From NCBI GenBank assembly GCA_043228905.1, contig JBHGNT010000006.1, positions 14,818,001 through 14,882,000 on the forward strand: a stretch of DNA of 64,000 nt, in the 5' to 3' direction. Source of the stretch: Azolla caroliniana. Lineage: Eukaryota > Plantae > Polypodiophyta. The stretch's first letter is position 1. Each line of letters opens with the position of its first letter. Positions 1-10,790 of the stretch are shown here, piece after piece. Both the position numbers and the translations under genes were made by a program. The notes under the pieces are model-generated. The model saw only the letters and a program-made list of their open reading frames with translations. It was not told the DNA's origin and made no database searches.

Positions 1-1202
1 TCCCCTTTTGCTTCTAGACCTTTTCATTGATGCATCCTTTGTTGCAGCTCTCCCTCTGTTATGTTGGAAGGACTACAAGGCCCCCCACTTACTTTTCGAC
101 GAATTTCTTCATTAAGAATTGCTTAAATGTAGGACTTGCACTATTTGGGAGTGAGAATACAAGAGCCTCCCATGTTTCAGGCAATGTACATGGTAGGAGT
201 GCACACACGCGTACATAGAATGTGGTCTTAGACAAAGATCTTTAAATGCGGATGGGAAAGCTAAGTCATTGCCTCATAAATACCTATTTAGTGTTGAGTG
301 GGAATCTTCGCTGAGGATCATTCAGTGTACAAAATATTCTTTCAGAAGTTGTACAGTTCTGAAAACGAGAATGTAAAACTCGTAAAAAAAATCAGAAAAT
401 AGTAAATTATAGGAAAATCTTTTCTAGTTTATTTGGAGAAACCTAAGGGTCTTTAATCCCAACGCATGATTATGTATGATTGATGAACATGTGTACAAAA
501 GATTATTTTCTTTAAGGTAAGGTATGAAAACCAGAATTTTGTTTTTGTCTTTCTCTTGTCTTCTTTTTGACAAACTTGATTGAAACTTGAAAGGTTGATC
601 ATCTGTACTTTCTATACAATTGATTTGATTCTTTCCATGTCTGTACCATATTCTTCCTTATTGAGTTTTAATAAAAGCATATTATAAAGGAAAGTGTATG
701 TGTAAAATATTTGCGACTAGAGGGCCGCAACATCAAAATAAGATGAAGAAATTGATTGTTATAAAACAGTCGCAATGTTCAAATTTCAAAGAATTGTCAA
801 GCTGCCGTTTTCTGTGTCATGGTGAAGGAGACTGGACCTTAGCAATTTTAAAATTCCAAATTCCAAGGTGTAGCCTTGATATTGCATTGCAGTCACATTA
901 TATGGCATGTATCCATGTCCACACAGCCAGTTTGACCAACATTATGTGTTCCAAAAGCCCTAAGTCTAATTATAAAACCAATTTGTTTCTCTTATTTTGT
1001 GTCTATTCACAATGAATGGAGCTGTTTAGGCAGTTGCAGGATATGTTATCGCTCTACTGACATCAGTATGTTTTCTCATTGTCACGTAAACTGGACAATT
1101 TAAAATAGCTCTATAGTTTATGGTAACTTGATATTTTGCATCTGTTCTTGCAACACCAAACAATACAGAAATTTGAACTCTGTCAACATTTGTTTCTGGC
1201 AG

Positions 1203-1419
1203 TCTTGAACTTTGGGGTTATCGACGTGTTGAAGAGGTAATTTGGGTTAAAACAAACCAACTGCAGAGAATTATTCGAACTGGACGAACTGGGCATTGGT
1301 TGAACCATAGTAAGGAACATTGCTTAGTTGGCATTAAAGGTCAGCCAGAGGTTAATCGTAACATTGATACTGATGTCTTGGTTGCTGAGGTTCGTGAAAC
1401 AAGTCGCAAGCCTGATGAG
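1203..1419 (+). CDS. MTA: mRNA m6A methyltransferase MT-A70 (METTL3 orthologue), internal exon
   Basis: AG at 1201-1202 and GT at 1420. Translates (C)[72 protein letters not shown], the highly conserved MT-A70 catalytic-domain segment. Upstream exons lie outside the window. Confidence 0.97.
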
Positions 1420-2070
1420 GTGAACATGCTCGACTCAAAATGGCTTTTTTTCTGAATTTTTATGCAACCATCAGTATGATGTTTTCTTTCTGTGGTTAAT
1501 CTTTTAAGTGATCAGAGAAGGTTTTTTTTGTTTTTTGGGAGTTGATTATGTAATAACTGGAAATGTTACTTGGTTGACTGGAGTCATTAATAATCATCGC
1601 TGTTTTCCAAATAGTATTCTTTGGGAGTGAGCAGCCATACACTGGCAGTACCAAAGATATATACTTTATAGAACGTGGATAGTTTAGAATTTAGTGACAC
1701 TATATTTCAGTTTTTTTAAAGATACTCTCATTCTGGATGTGCTGGCTCTTTTTTTACCTATGCTACTTGTGAGCAATGATCGTCTTGCTCTTCATTGGCT
1801 GGATTGGATATTGTCATTTTGTTTTCTTGTACGACTGTATGTTGTTTTCGTGCACCCCTCTCCGCCTCCTGTTGCTCACACATGTGTTAGTGATGTTTCT
1901 AATTTCACATTTATCTTTTAACAACTAGTGTTGCATTTTTAGCTCACATAGATAATGACCGAATTTTCCAATTCGGTATTAATGCATGTCGGGCACCTTT
2001 ATGGATTTTGGCATGGGCTAATTTTATTGTAATCCAAAAACTTATGACCAGAATAATTTCATATTTGTAG

Positions 2071-2150
2071 ATGTATCCAATGCTGGAGAGGATTAGCCCC
2101 CGAACTCGAAAATTGGAGTTGTTTGCCCGAATGCATAACACGCATGCAGG
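2071..2150 (+). CDS. MTA: MTA/METTL3 penultimate exon
   Basis: tttgtag acceptor, MYPMLERISPRTRKLELFARMHNTHAG, GT donor at 2151. Phase is consistent with the flanking exons. Confidence 0.96.
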
Positions 2151-2236
2151 GTACTTACAAGCTTCATCTGTTTCCAGTACGAAGTGTATTTTATTTTTGT
2201 TTGGGACTTTAATTAAAATTTGTCTTCCTTGATTAG

Positions 2237-2456
2237 GTGGATTTCCCTTGGAAACCAACTCAATGGAGTTCGTCTGGTGGACGAAGGTTTGAGAGCAAGG
2301 TTTAAGGCAGCCTATCCGGATGTTGAAGTTCAGCCTCCTGATCCCCCTACGAAAGCTGATCTTGAGCTATGCATGATCGCCCCTGGGATACCAGAGACCT
2401 CTCCTGGAAGGGTAACCGACAACAGTGAGAGTACCATTCCTAAAGATTTGCAGTGA
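2237..2456 (+). CDS. MTA: MTA/METTL3 last coding exon
   Basis: AG at 2235-2236; WISLGNQLNGVRLVDEGLRARFKAAYPDVEVQPP...KDLQ* matches the plant MTA C-terminus. Confidence 0.95.
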
Positions 2457-3659
2457 ATGGCGCAAATCAAGTTCATCGCATACAATTTAATGCTAGTATG
2501 CTTGTGTAAACACTCATGTAAGTCTGATGAGTGAGTTCACAATCTAATTTACTAGTGTTTATTTTGTTAAACTGCGGTGAAGAACTAATTTAGGTGGTGG
2601 TGTTGGTAATATCACTTCTATAGATAGTAGCTGTATTTCAAAAGACAAGCATAGGAATAGTTTGTTTATTTCTGTCATGTTTCCAATCTGTGTGAAAAGA
2701 TTTGGTTAGAACTAATTATTGATGACATACTAAGAAGCCCAGCTAATCACCACCACTGAATGGTTATTGGGGCTCCTCTTGAAAAGTTGGCATATTTAGT
2801 TTTTGGAACCTACACTGCAATTACAAATCTTTTCAAAATGTACTGTATTTAACATTAAAGAATTGTCTTGTTAATATCATATCAATATCACAATTTGACA
2901 TAGGAATGAACCAATCAGTTCCAAATACTCGTCACAACCTATTATGATCATTAATTGTGCTTATGTTCAAGATTATTTATAGGAAATGGAAACTCAAATT
3001 GTAGGCTGCTGCTCTTAGTGAGGAGTGCAAAGCTTTTCACTACCTCCACAAGTGTATCAATTCATTTTTGGTAGCTACAACCGAAGGAACACCAAGCGTC
3101 TTTATACGTAGTCAGAAAAACATGTTTCCTAATGGTGGATATCTTGTTGGATCATGGTACTTCTAGAAATCTATTTGAAGTAATCATTATTGCCATACCA
3201 GTGGTGCATATTTGTGAATATGAGTGTGGAAACTTGTACTTGCTGGTTGAGGAATAAGGACTGATTTCTTATTGAGGTGATTTCTTATGTGATGTATAGA
3301 TGAGATGATATTGTGCAGCATTATTGCTCAAGTAAATTAAACATTCCTTAAAACCCAAAAGGATTGAAGTTGTAACATCACATTTTAAATTTGAAGTATG
3401 CGAGAAATAGTTTTCTATACAAACACTAACAAAACAATTCTCACTATGAGTACTAAGGAGAAAATCTCCTTAGTAGTACTCTGGTGCAGCATATTGAAAT
3501 CATTGCATTTCGGATTTGAGTTGGATGACATGTACCAAATACACTAACAACCAATCCATTGAATGGAAAACAGTATCCATTGAATGACATTCATCGAAGG
3601 GAAATGTAAGCCAAGGTAGATACTTGGGAATGAATTATGGGAAGGTAAAGTCAAAAAGA

Positions 3660-4057
3660 CCCAATGCTTGATTAGCACCATTGGTGTAAAACACAGTTGA
3701 TCCTTATCATCGAGTCTTTTTGGGATCTACGTTGATGAGATTACTGATTTTATTGCTTGGAAGGGAGGCAACGGAGTAGTCTTAGGTGGTACACAAGTCA
3801 ATCTCTTATTTTATGTAGACGATATAACTTTACTATTTTGAGTCTAAACACGACCTATAGAGGCAGCTTAATGCCACGAGGACTTTTGCACACAGAAGAT
3901 TGGTAGTGAATTTAGGGAAAACTAAAGTCTTTATCTTCCACACATCTCCTTGAATTAGGACTAAATGTCACCTAACACTCTCATAGACTAGTTGAGGTTG
4001 TTGGATCATATGTATATCATGGAGTCACTTTCAATGCATGCTCAGGTAAATTTTCAA
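3660..4057 (+). mobile_element. Degraded LINE reverse-transcriptase fragment (same family as 28897-30694)
   Basis: Decayed STIGVK(QGC)PLS..LFGIYVDE and LFY(A)DD motifs; nucleotide similarity to 28897-29200. Confidence 0.8.
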
Positions 4058-5083
4058 TGACATAACTAGCAAAAGCCGGATAGCAACAGAATATAGACAT
4101 AGGTTGAATGGAAACCTTACACGGGAGAGACAGAGAGACCAGAATAGTAAACTCAATTCTAAATGATAATAATACTCAGTCCATACAAGTGTCCTACATA
4201 ACACTTTTTATACAAGTCCTTAAAAGGACTGATAAAACTTACAAGTACTTCAATGCTCATATGAGCGACTGCCACTAACTCCAAGGAATCTGCCTATGTA
4301 CTAGGATAGATTTGTAGGCCTCTAACGGCCTACCGGTTACAATTTGATCTGGCCCTTGGTTCTGGATACCGATCCGAACATTGATTCGGCTCTGGCTTAT
4401 TTAGTCGACTCGGATCCGGTTGAGCTTGTTCGCTCAACACTCCCCCTCAAGCTCAACTTGAGGTCGGATCGCAGTGTCCGTGTCTGCCAGTCCTCTTCTC
4501 CGGTTCCACCTGGCGTCTTCTCGCCTAGGTCGCACTCCACGTCTAGTCCGGTTATGCTCCAAGCTCCTAGGGCTTTGGTGAAGATGTCGGTTGTTTGAAG
4601 AATCATGTTGATATGTTGAAGGTCGACATCTCCAACCTGAATGCGCTCTCAGATGAAGTGATAGTGCACATCGATATGCTTCGTGCGCTCGTGGAACACC
4701 GTGTTCCAAGCTTGATAAATATTGCTCATGGTACCGTAGTAAAGGGGAGTCAAGTCCTTGATGGGAACACCCAGCTCCTTCAAAATCCTCTTAAACCATA
4801 CAACTTCACATGTAGCCACAATCGCACCCCTGTATTCGGCCTTTATGCATGAAAGTGCAACAGTTGGCTGCTTCTTGCTACTCTAGGATATTGCTCTACT
4901 GCCGAGCGAGAAGACGAATCCTGAGGTCGATCGTCGGTCAGCTCTATATCCGGTCCAGTCGGGGTTTGTGCACCCCTCGAGTCGAATTGGTGTGGCTGAT
5001 TTGTAGAGAATGCCACAATCCATTCTGCCGCTCACGTATCATAACACTCGCTTAGCACAATCCAAGTGAATATCACGTGGTGT
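4058..5083 (-). mobile_element. Ty1/copia 3' end: RT end/RNase H, PPT and 3' LTR (about 4058-4439)
   Basis: DIFTKALG RNase H end; PPT GAGGGGGAG (complement of 4440-4448) next to TGTTG; LTR similar to 18796-19257. Confidence 0.85.
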
Positions 5084-5455
5084 CACGAACGAGTAGACGA
5101 GTCTAAATACTGAGAGAGAGAGAGAGAGAGAGAGAGAGTCCATGGAAACTTCTAGGGAGTGCATGAAGATGCATTCTCTAGAAGTTTCTTGAACGTTCTA
5201 GTGATTAACCTACAATGTAATAAGTTGAATCTTATACAATACAATAATGCATAGATGAATGTAGCTCAACTGGTAAGGTTGCCCAATAAGACCAAGAGGT
5301 CATGGGTCGTGTCCATGACACGTGGCTTTTATATGAATTGGCTAAGGAGACCGACCGAGTAGCTGAGGTCGGGACGAGTGATTGTGAGATAGACGAGGCT
5401 CCTGATCAGTTGTTGATACTGAGTCGGCTCACACTATGTGGTGCCAGAGTCAACA
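5084..5455. mobile_element. Partial LTR with (GA)n and a tRNA-like module, ending CAACA, nested in copia RT
   Basis: Interrupts copia RT coding sequence and ends ...gtcaaca at 5455. The 5' boundary is unclear. Confidence 0.55.
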
Positions 5456-5815
5456 TCTAGTTTGAGGTTTCGTCCACAAGGGTTGCTACAGATTTGCACT
5501 CAGTCATCTCGAACTTGTATAACAAGTTGAGGATGTAGTGCCGTTGAGAGATCATAATGCCCGTTGGAGTCTGAATTACCTCCATAACAAGGAAGTAATG
5601 GAGCTCCTTCATGTCCGTCATCTTGAATTTGCTGGAGAGGAGGGACTTGACCTTGTTGATGTCGACTAGATTTTCACCTTCAATGACTAGATAATCCACA
5701 TATAGGATGATGACAATCGGATTTCTAGAATCATTTCTAACATAAAGAGAGTTGTCGGATTTAGACATTCTGAAGCCGATTCGATGAAGATATTGTGTTA
5801 TCTTCACACTTAGCA
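5456..5815 (-). pseudogene. Ty1/copia RT fragment
   Basis: IILYVDYLVI...KFKMTDMKELHYFL..., a degenerate YVDD motif. Confidence 0.9.
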
Positions 5816-5819
5816 TGTA

Positions 5820-7418
5820 TCGGGGGTACATGTATAACAATCTCCCACTAAAAGGCCTAAACTAGGAGTACAAATAATTAAAGGTTGACATGTACAAGAC
5901 CTAGACCTATACCTCCCACCTGATGGGCATGTTACACAATGTACACGACAAGTGTGTAACATAAGGCACTAAGTAATTCCCATCAAGTAACAACAATGCT
6001 CCAATGCATCTTGTGGTAAGGCCTTAGTCAATGCATTTGCAACATTTTCGCGAGAAACAACCTTCTCAAGGCTAATACAACCATTAGCTATGGATTCCCG
6101 AATGAAATGGTATCGCACTCCAATATGTTTGGTCTTCGCATGATATACTGGATTCTTAGCCAAAGTAATGGCACTCTAACTATCACAAAATAGTTTGGGT
6201 ACATGTTGCGGTATACCCATGTCACTAGCTAATCGAGACAACCAAATTGCTTCCTTACATGCCTCATTGGCTGCAACATACTCAGCCTCTGTTGTTGACA
6301 ATGCGACACAATCTTGAAGATGAGATCTCCAAGCAATAACACCTCCCATAATCTGAAAGATGTACCCTGAAGTAGATTTCCTACTGTTAGCGTATCCGGC
6401 ATAAGCTGAATCTATGTATCCAATGATAGAGGTGTCCCCTTTGCCTAAACAAAGGCACTTATCCTTAGTGCCACTCAAATATCTCAGTATCAACTTGACT
6501 GCATCCCACAATGTTTCTTACCAGGATTTTTCATGAATCGACTTACTGCTCCCACTGCAAATGCAATGTCTGGTCTAGTAGCCACCATGGCGTACATAAG
6601 ACTCCCAACTGCGTATTGATAAAGAACCTTGGACATGAATTCCTTGTCCTCATCAGATGTGGGGCAATCACATGTGCTCAGTTTTACATATGTAGGCAAT
6701 GGAGTGCTCAACGGCTTTGCATTCTCCATATTAAACCTCTTGAGCACTTTCGATATGTACTCAGCCTGAGACAAGTAAATGCATCGCTTACTCCTATCAC
6801 GAGTGATACGCATACCAAGAATATGTTTTGCATCTCCCAAATCCTTCATGTCAAAATGTTGGCCCAAGTTTTTCAGAACGTAAAGCCTTAAGCTTTATTC
6901 CTTTTTCAGTCTCAACCAAGGCAAGACATTTTCTAAAAATGGGGTATACATCACCCTTTCCCTTTATGGGATACATCCACGCCTTTCTTGTGGCATCATC
7001 AATAAATGTAACAAAATACAAAGCTCCACCCAATGATCTAGTAGGCATAGCGCCACATACATCTATATGAACTAGATCCAAGGGTTGAGTAGATGAATCA
7101 GAAATAATATTCTGATGCACACTTCTAGTTTGTTTACCATATTGACAATGCCCACAAACTAAAAAATTTGAAAATGATAACAGAGGTAAATAGCCAGTAC
7201 GGGACATGTGACCTAAACGGCCATGCCAAATACAAGTCATAGGCTGTTCTGTGACTGTCAAAAGATGCTCCTTTTGATGGACAACTAAAGGATAAAGTGA
7301 ACCAACTTTGTTCCCTTTAGCAATAACCATATTTCCTTTCGTAATACGAAAGGACTGGGCAGCAAAAATCACTTTAAAACCAATGTTATCAAGCTGTCCA
7401 ACAGATATTAAGCTACGC
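5820..7418 (-). mobile_element. Tnt1/Tork-like copia remnant (GAG-pre/integrase N-terminus fused by deletion to RT/RNase H)
   Basis: WHGRLGHMS, DLVHIDVCG, YFVTFIDD, then FDMKDLGDAKHILG, YAMVATRPDI, VALSTTEAEY, KHIGVRYHFIRE; PPT AGTGGGAG near 5842-5849. Confidence 0.9.
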
Positions 7419-7564
7419 AGCTACTTTGCAATATCTTGCCCCCTATACGGGAGCAGAGACCTGTGCATACCCCACCCACCTTTTCTCATAACCTTTTATA
7501 TTCCAAGCGATAAGAACGAGTTCTCTAACGCCTGAAGTAACCCACGTCATACTCCCAAGAAAAG

Positions 7565-7611
7565 CTGGTAAGGTTCTTCGCGTTGCATCGAATTAAACCA
7601 CATGCTCCACT

Positions 7612-7647
<36 letters not shown>

Positions 7648-7649
7648 TT
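7565..7649 (-). pseudogene. rrn16: Plastid 16S rRNA fragment (NUPT)
   Basis: ctggtaaggttcttcgcgttgcatcgaattaaaccacatgctcc...ccgtcaattcctttgagtttcatt is the reverse complement of the conserved SSU 900-990 region, plastid type. Confidence 0.93.
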
Positions 7650-7651
7650 TA

Positions 7652-7690
7652 GTGGGCTTCCTACTTAGATGCTTTTAGCAGTTATCTGCT
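7652..7690 (-). pseudogene. rrn23: Plastid 23S rRNA fragment (NUPT)
   Basis: gtgggcttcctacttagatgcttt(c)agcagttatc(c)gct matches the reverse complement of the plastid 23S 3' region. Confidence 0.88.
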
Positions 7691-7767
7691 AGTATCAGGA
7701 AAAGCAAAAACCTGGGATTAGGTTCTAGGTCAAGCGAAAGGGGGGAGGGGCGATGGTCCTTTTTGGT

Positions 7768-7800
7768 CAGGGGATGCAAGTGTTATCCGGAATGATTGGG
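7768..7800 (+). pseudogene. rrn16: Plastid 16S rRNA fragment (NUPT), opposite orientation
   Basis: ggatgcaag(c/t)gttatccggaatgattggg is a plastid 16S signature near E. coli position 540. Confidence 0.85.
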
Positions 7801-7889
7801 AGCTTATTGGAAAATTGAGAAACTAACTGCCTTGAATGTGATATCTTCACGAAACAAAGGAAAAAGTGGGAAAACTATCGTTCCAAAAC

Positions 7890-7936
7890 GTTTCTCTGAT
7901 CAAACTAGAAGTTACCAAAGAACCATGCATAACACT
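7890..7936 (-). pseudogene. psbA: psbA fragment (NUPT)
   Basis: Reverse complement translates S(A>V)MHGSLVTSSLIRE, the invariant D1 motif. Confidence 0.92.
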
Positions 7937-7940
7937 TGAA

Positions 7941-7983
7941 GTCATAGTCGTAGCTATGAGTGCTACAAACGGTTTAACGAGAG
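7941..7983 (+). pseudogene. atpB: atpB fragment (NUPT)
   Basis: Translates V..VAMSATNGLTR, matching AtpB VRAVAMSATDGLTRG. Confidence 0.85.
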
Positions 7984-7986
7984 AGA

Positions 7987-8024
7987 ATGTTCGCTGATCA
8001 ATACTGCATCCTCAAAGTTATACC
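7987..8024 (-). pseudogene. rpoB: Internal rpoB fragment (NUPT)
   Basis: Reverse complement translates GYNFEDAVLISE, the conserved RNAP beta motif. Confidence 0.9.
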
Positions 8025-8244
8025 GCTCCCAAGGACGAGGGGTCACTATGATGGGTGGAAGGGGCGGGCCAGTACGTCTCGTTACCGAGGACCTCCTTTG
8101 AAAGTGATACGCCGTCTAAAGCTATCCAGCCTCGGCTGGGGGGTAGGTCCCGATGGAGTAGAAATCAATCGAATCAAAGTCTTTCCTTTCCTTTTTCCAC
8201 TAGATCCGTTTTGGGGACCACTTCTCTAAAATAGACTGGAAAAA

Positions 8245-8282
8245 GTGTGTTGCCCAAGGCGTAAGGGGCATGCTAACTTGAC
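8245..8282 (-). pseudogene. rrn16: Plastid 16S rRNA fragment (NUPT)
   Basis: Reverse complement gtcaagttagcatgccccttacgccttgggcaacacac matches the 16S ~1190-1230 region. Confidence 0.85.
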
Positions 8283-8528
8283 AAGGGAACATATTTCCTA
8301 CAGGGACGTTTACAGTTTACAGGCGTCTACGAGCCAGCCATCCATAGCCCCAAGCAAGCTTCGCATCTAAAGTTAATTTCCCAAAAAACCTTCAATTTTT
8401 TTGAGTTATTATCTTTTTTTCGTTGCTTCTCGAATAGGTCCATCACACCATGGATTCTAGATTTGAGTAAAGACCACGACGGGAAGCCTTTTACGAATTG
8501 TCTTCATTCCCATTCTGTATAAATAAAA

Positions 8529-8569
8529 TGCGTTACTCAAGCCGACATTCTCACTTCCGCTTCGTCCAC
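8529..8569 (-). pseudogene. rrn23: Plastid 23S rRNA fragment (NUPT)
   Basis: tgcgttactcaagccgacattctc(g/a)cttccgcttcgtccac matches the reverse complement of plastid 23S. Confidence 0.87.
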
Positions 8570-8662
8570 ATGATACTCCCAAGGGTAAACCCCAGGTTAG
8601 TCTCTTAGGAATAATTTTGAAGCCACGATTAGTTCGCGCTAGAAATGAAATCCTGCCTGAGA

Positions 8663-8926
8663 AATTCAAGCTGGTACGTACAAGTCAGATGAATATGTGG
8701 CACATTGATACGTAACATCCCTCTCTTCCGCCAAAGGTTCCGCCATTTCGTACTGTTCACCAACAGATCAAGATTCAACTTCCTTATCTGTATCTTAAAT
8801 CTTTGGAAAACTCTTAAGCTCTTCAAGTGATTTTTCGTGAACAAAACGGTTAAATCCTTCAATTTGAATTTGTGCAAGTTCTGGTAGTACATGCGTATCT
8901 CTATCTCCTCCTAATACTTGTTACGT
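8663..8926 (-). pseudogene. rpoB: Plastid rpoB 5' end (NUPT), unedited form
   Basis: Translates (ACG)[82 protein letters not shown], the plastid RpoB N-terminus. This is a different frame from the ORF track. Confidence 0.9.
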
Positions 8927-9496
8927 CTAGACAATTTCTATGATAAAACTCCACCATTTCAATATATCTTTCTTTTTCTTTTGTTTGTTCATATTCTTCC
9001 TTCAACCAGGATATTTTGTGTCAAAACAAGCGGAAATATTCATTTTTATTTTGGAATAAAAAAAACCAAGGGAAGGAGAAACAAACAGATTGGGGGATAG
9101 TATAGAAGATAAAGGGTAAACAAAATCCACCGATGGATTTTTGGCAGTACAAAACTGTATTTTCAGAAATTTTTTTATTCTAAAAAAGAAAAAACATATT
9201 TTTTTGATCATTCGTAAGAATACAATGACTCGCGACGAACAAACTAAAACTAAGCAAGTTTATTATTGTTGAGATATCAAGCTCAACTAGTTCAATCTAG
9301 TTAGTCAACACATGTAGCTTAGTAGTTACCTAGATCGAATCTAGTTAATGTGTTGACCTTAAGCCTTTATATAGGACCTCATACTTAAGTAGGATATTCT
9401 AGATCCTCCACTCCTTAGTACATTTAATGTAGGACTTACACATAAGTACCTATGTTTTACCCACACATGTGCACCTTTGCACATGGGTTGTATATA

Positions 9497-10790
9497 CAGT
9501 AACCATTCGGTTAAGTGCGCACTTTGATCTCAAGGAAAAAAGTGCGCAGTTAACCGAGCCGCGCACTTAGGCCTTTTTACATGAAAACAAATTTCCCCCA
9601 AAATGTTTTTCTCTGTACATTTTCAGAAAACACCGAACCCACATCCACTCTAATCACTCCATGATTATGATCATACCCACGTTGATACTGTAATCACTCC
9701 CATGTTGCTCCCCACGCTGTTGTTCACCGTTGATGCATACATCGCTGCCAAATTTTGTTGCGACTATTTATAAATCATGTTTTCTGAAAATATGCAAAAT
9801 TATAGTAGAAATTTGTATCATGCATGTTTTCTGAAAATATGTATAATTATAATAGAAATTAGTCAATATTTGGAAAACATTATGAAGGTTTCTTCTCAAA
9901 AATGATTTGTAGCAAAATTTTATGAATGGTTTTACAAACATTTATGGAGATTTCTATTAAAAAATGATTTGTAATAGAAATTTGTGAAGCTTTTTATAAA
10001 CATTTGTGAAGGTTTCTATGAAAGCGTTGATTTGTAACATAAATTTCAAAATAAACATTGCAATAATTGAATAAATTGTTGGTTCTCTTCAAAGATCAAT
10101 TTATTCAATGTTATTTTAATTATCAATTTTATTTGTAAATTGACTGCTCTAACATAAGAAATCATGATTTTTTTTTATGATGATCAGGCTTTTTACATGA
10201 AATTAGCTCCTCTAACATACGAAATCATGAGTTGTTTTTTATGATGATCATGCTTTTTACATGAAATTAGCTCCTCGAATATAAGAAATCAACCTTCTAA
10301 TAGAGCATTTTGCTGGTTGTGCATTAGTTGGATCCTCAAAATATGAAATCAACCTTCTAATAAGGAATTTTGCTTGTGCATCTAATATGATGATCGGGCT
10401 TTTTACATGAAATTAGCTCCTCGAACATAAGAAATCAACCTTCTAATAGAACATTTTGCTGGTTGTGCATTAGTTGGATCCTCAACATACGAAATAAACC
10501 TTCTAATAGGGAATTTTGCTTGTGCATCTAATATGATAACACTTATTTTGTGAGGGATTTTTCCTAGTGCTTTGGCATCCTAATTATTGGAGAGGTAGAA
10601 ATAATGTATGGAACAATTTCTATTTTTGATGATGATTTTCTTGTTTTTGAAAGTTTGGAACATAGTTCTAATTTTGTTTGATGTAATTTTGTCATGAAAC
10701 AATGTAATTTTGTTTTGAAACAATGTAATTTTCTTGATCTGGATTTTTATGCCTATAAAAAGCGCACTTAATAGAATGGTGCACTTAAGT
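9497..10790. mobile_element. Putative non-autonomous pogo/Tc1-mariner-like element with internal ~146-bp tandem repeat (10241-10535)
   Basis: TA|CAGTAACCATTCGGTTAAGTGCGC left end; imperfect inverted copy gcgcacttaatagaatgg near 10763-10780; AT-rich and non-coding. Confidence 0.5.

Noticed and set aside
1-1200. ORFs 27-218 and 698-1015
   Set aside because: AT-rich sequence upstream of an AG acceptor with no MTA-like translation; treated as intron.
3451-3475. 11-bp perfect hairpin tactaaggaga-aaa-tctccttagta
   Set aside because: Isolated and short; no supporting context for a MITE, miRNA or terminator.
7500-7560. Possible ycf3 or other plastid fragment
   Set aside because: Translation match is too weak to name; left as an unassigned part of the mosaic.
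7565-8569. Functional rRNA genes or bacterial contamination
   Set aside because: Only 33-85 bp pieces in mixed orientation, of plastid type and interleaved with psbA/atpB/rpoB.
8629-8892. 87-aa ORF in the ORF track
   Set aside because: Out-of-frame reading of the rpoB fragment.
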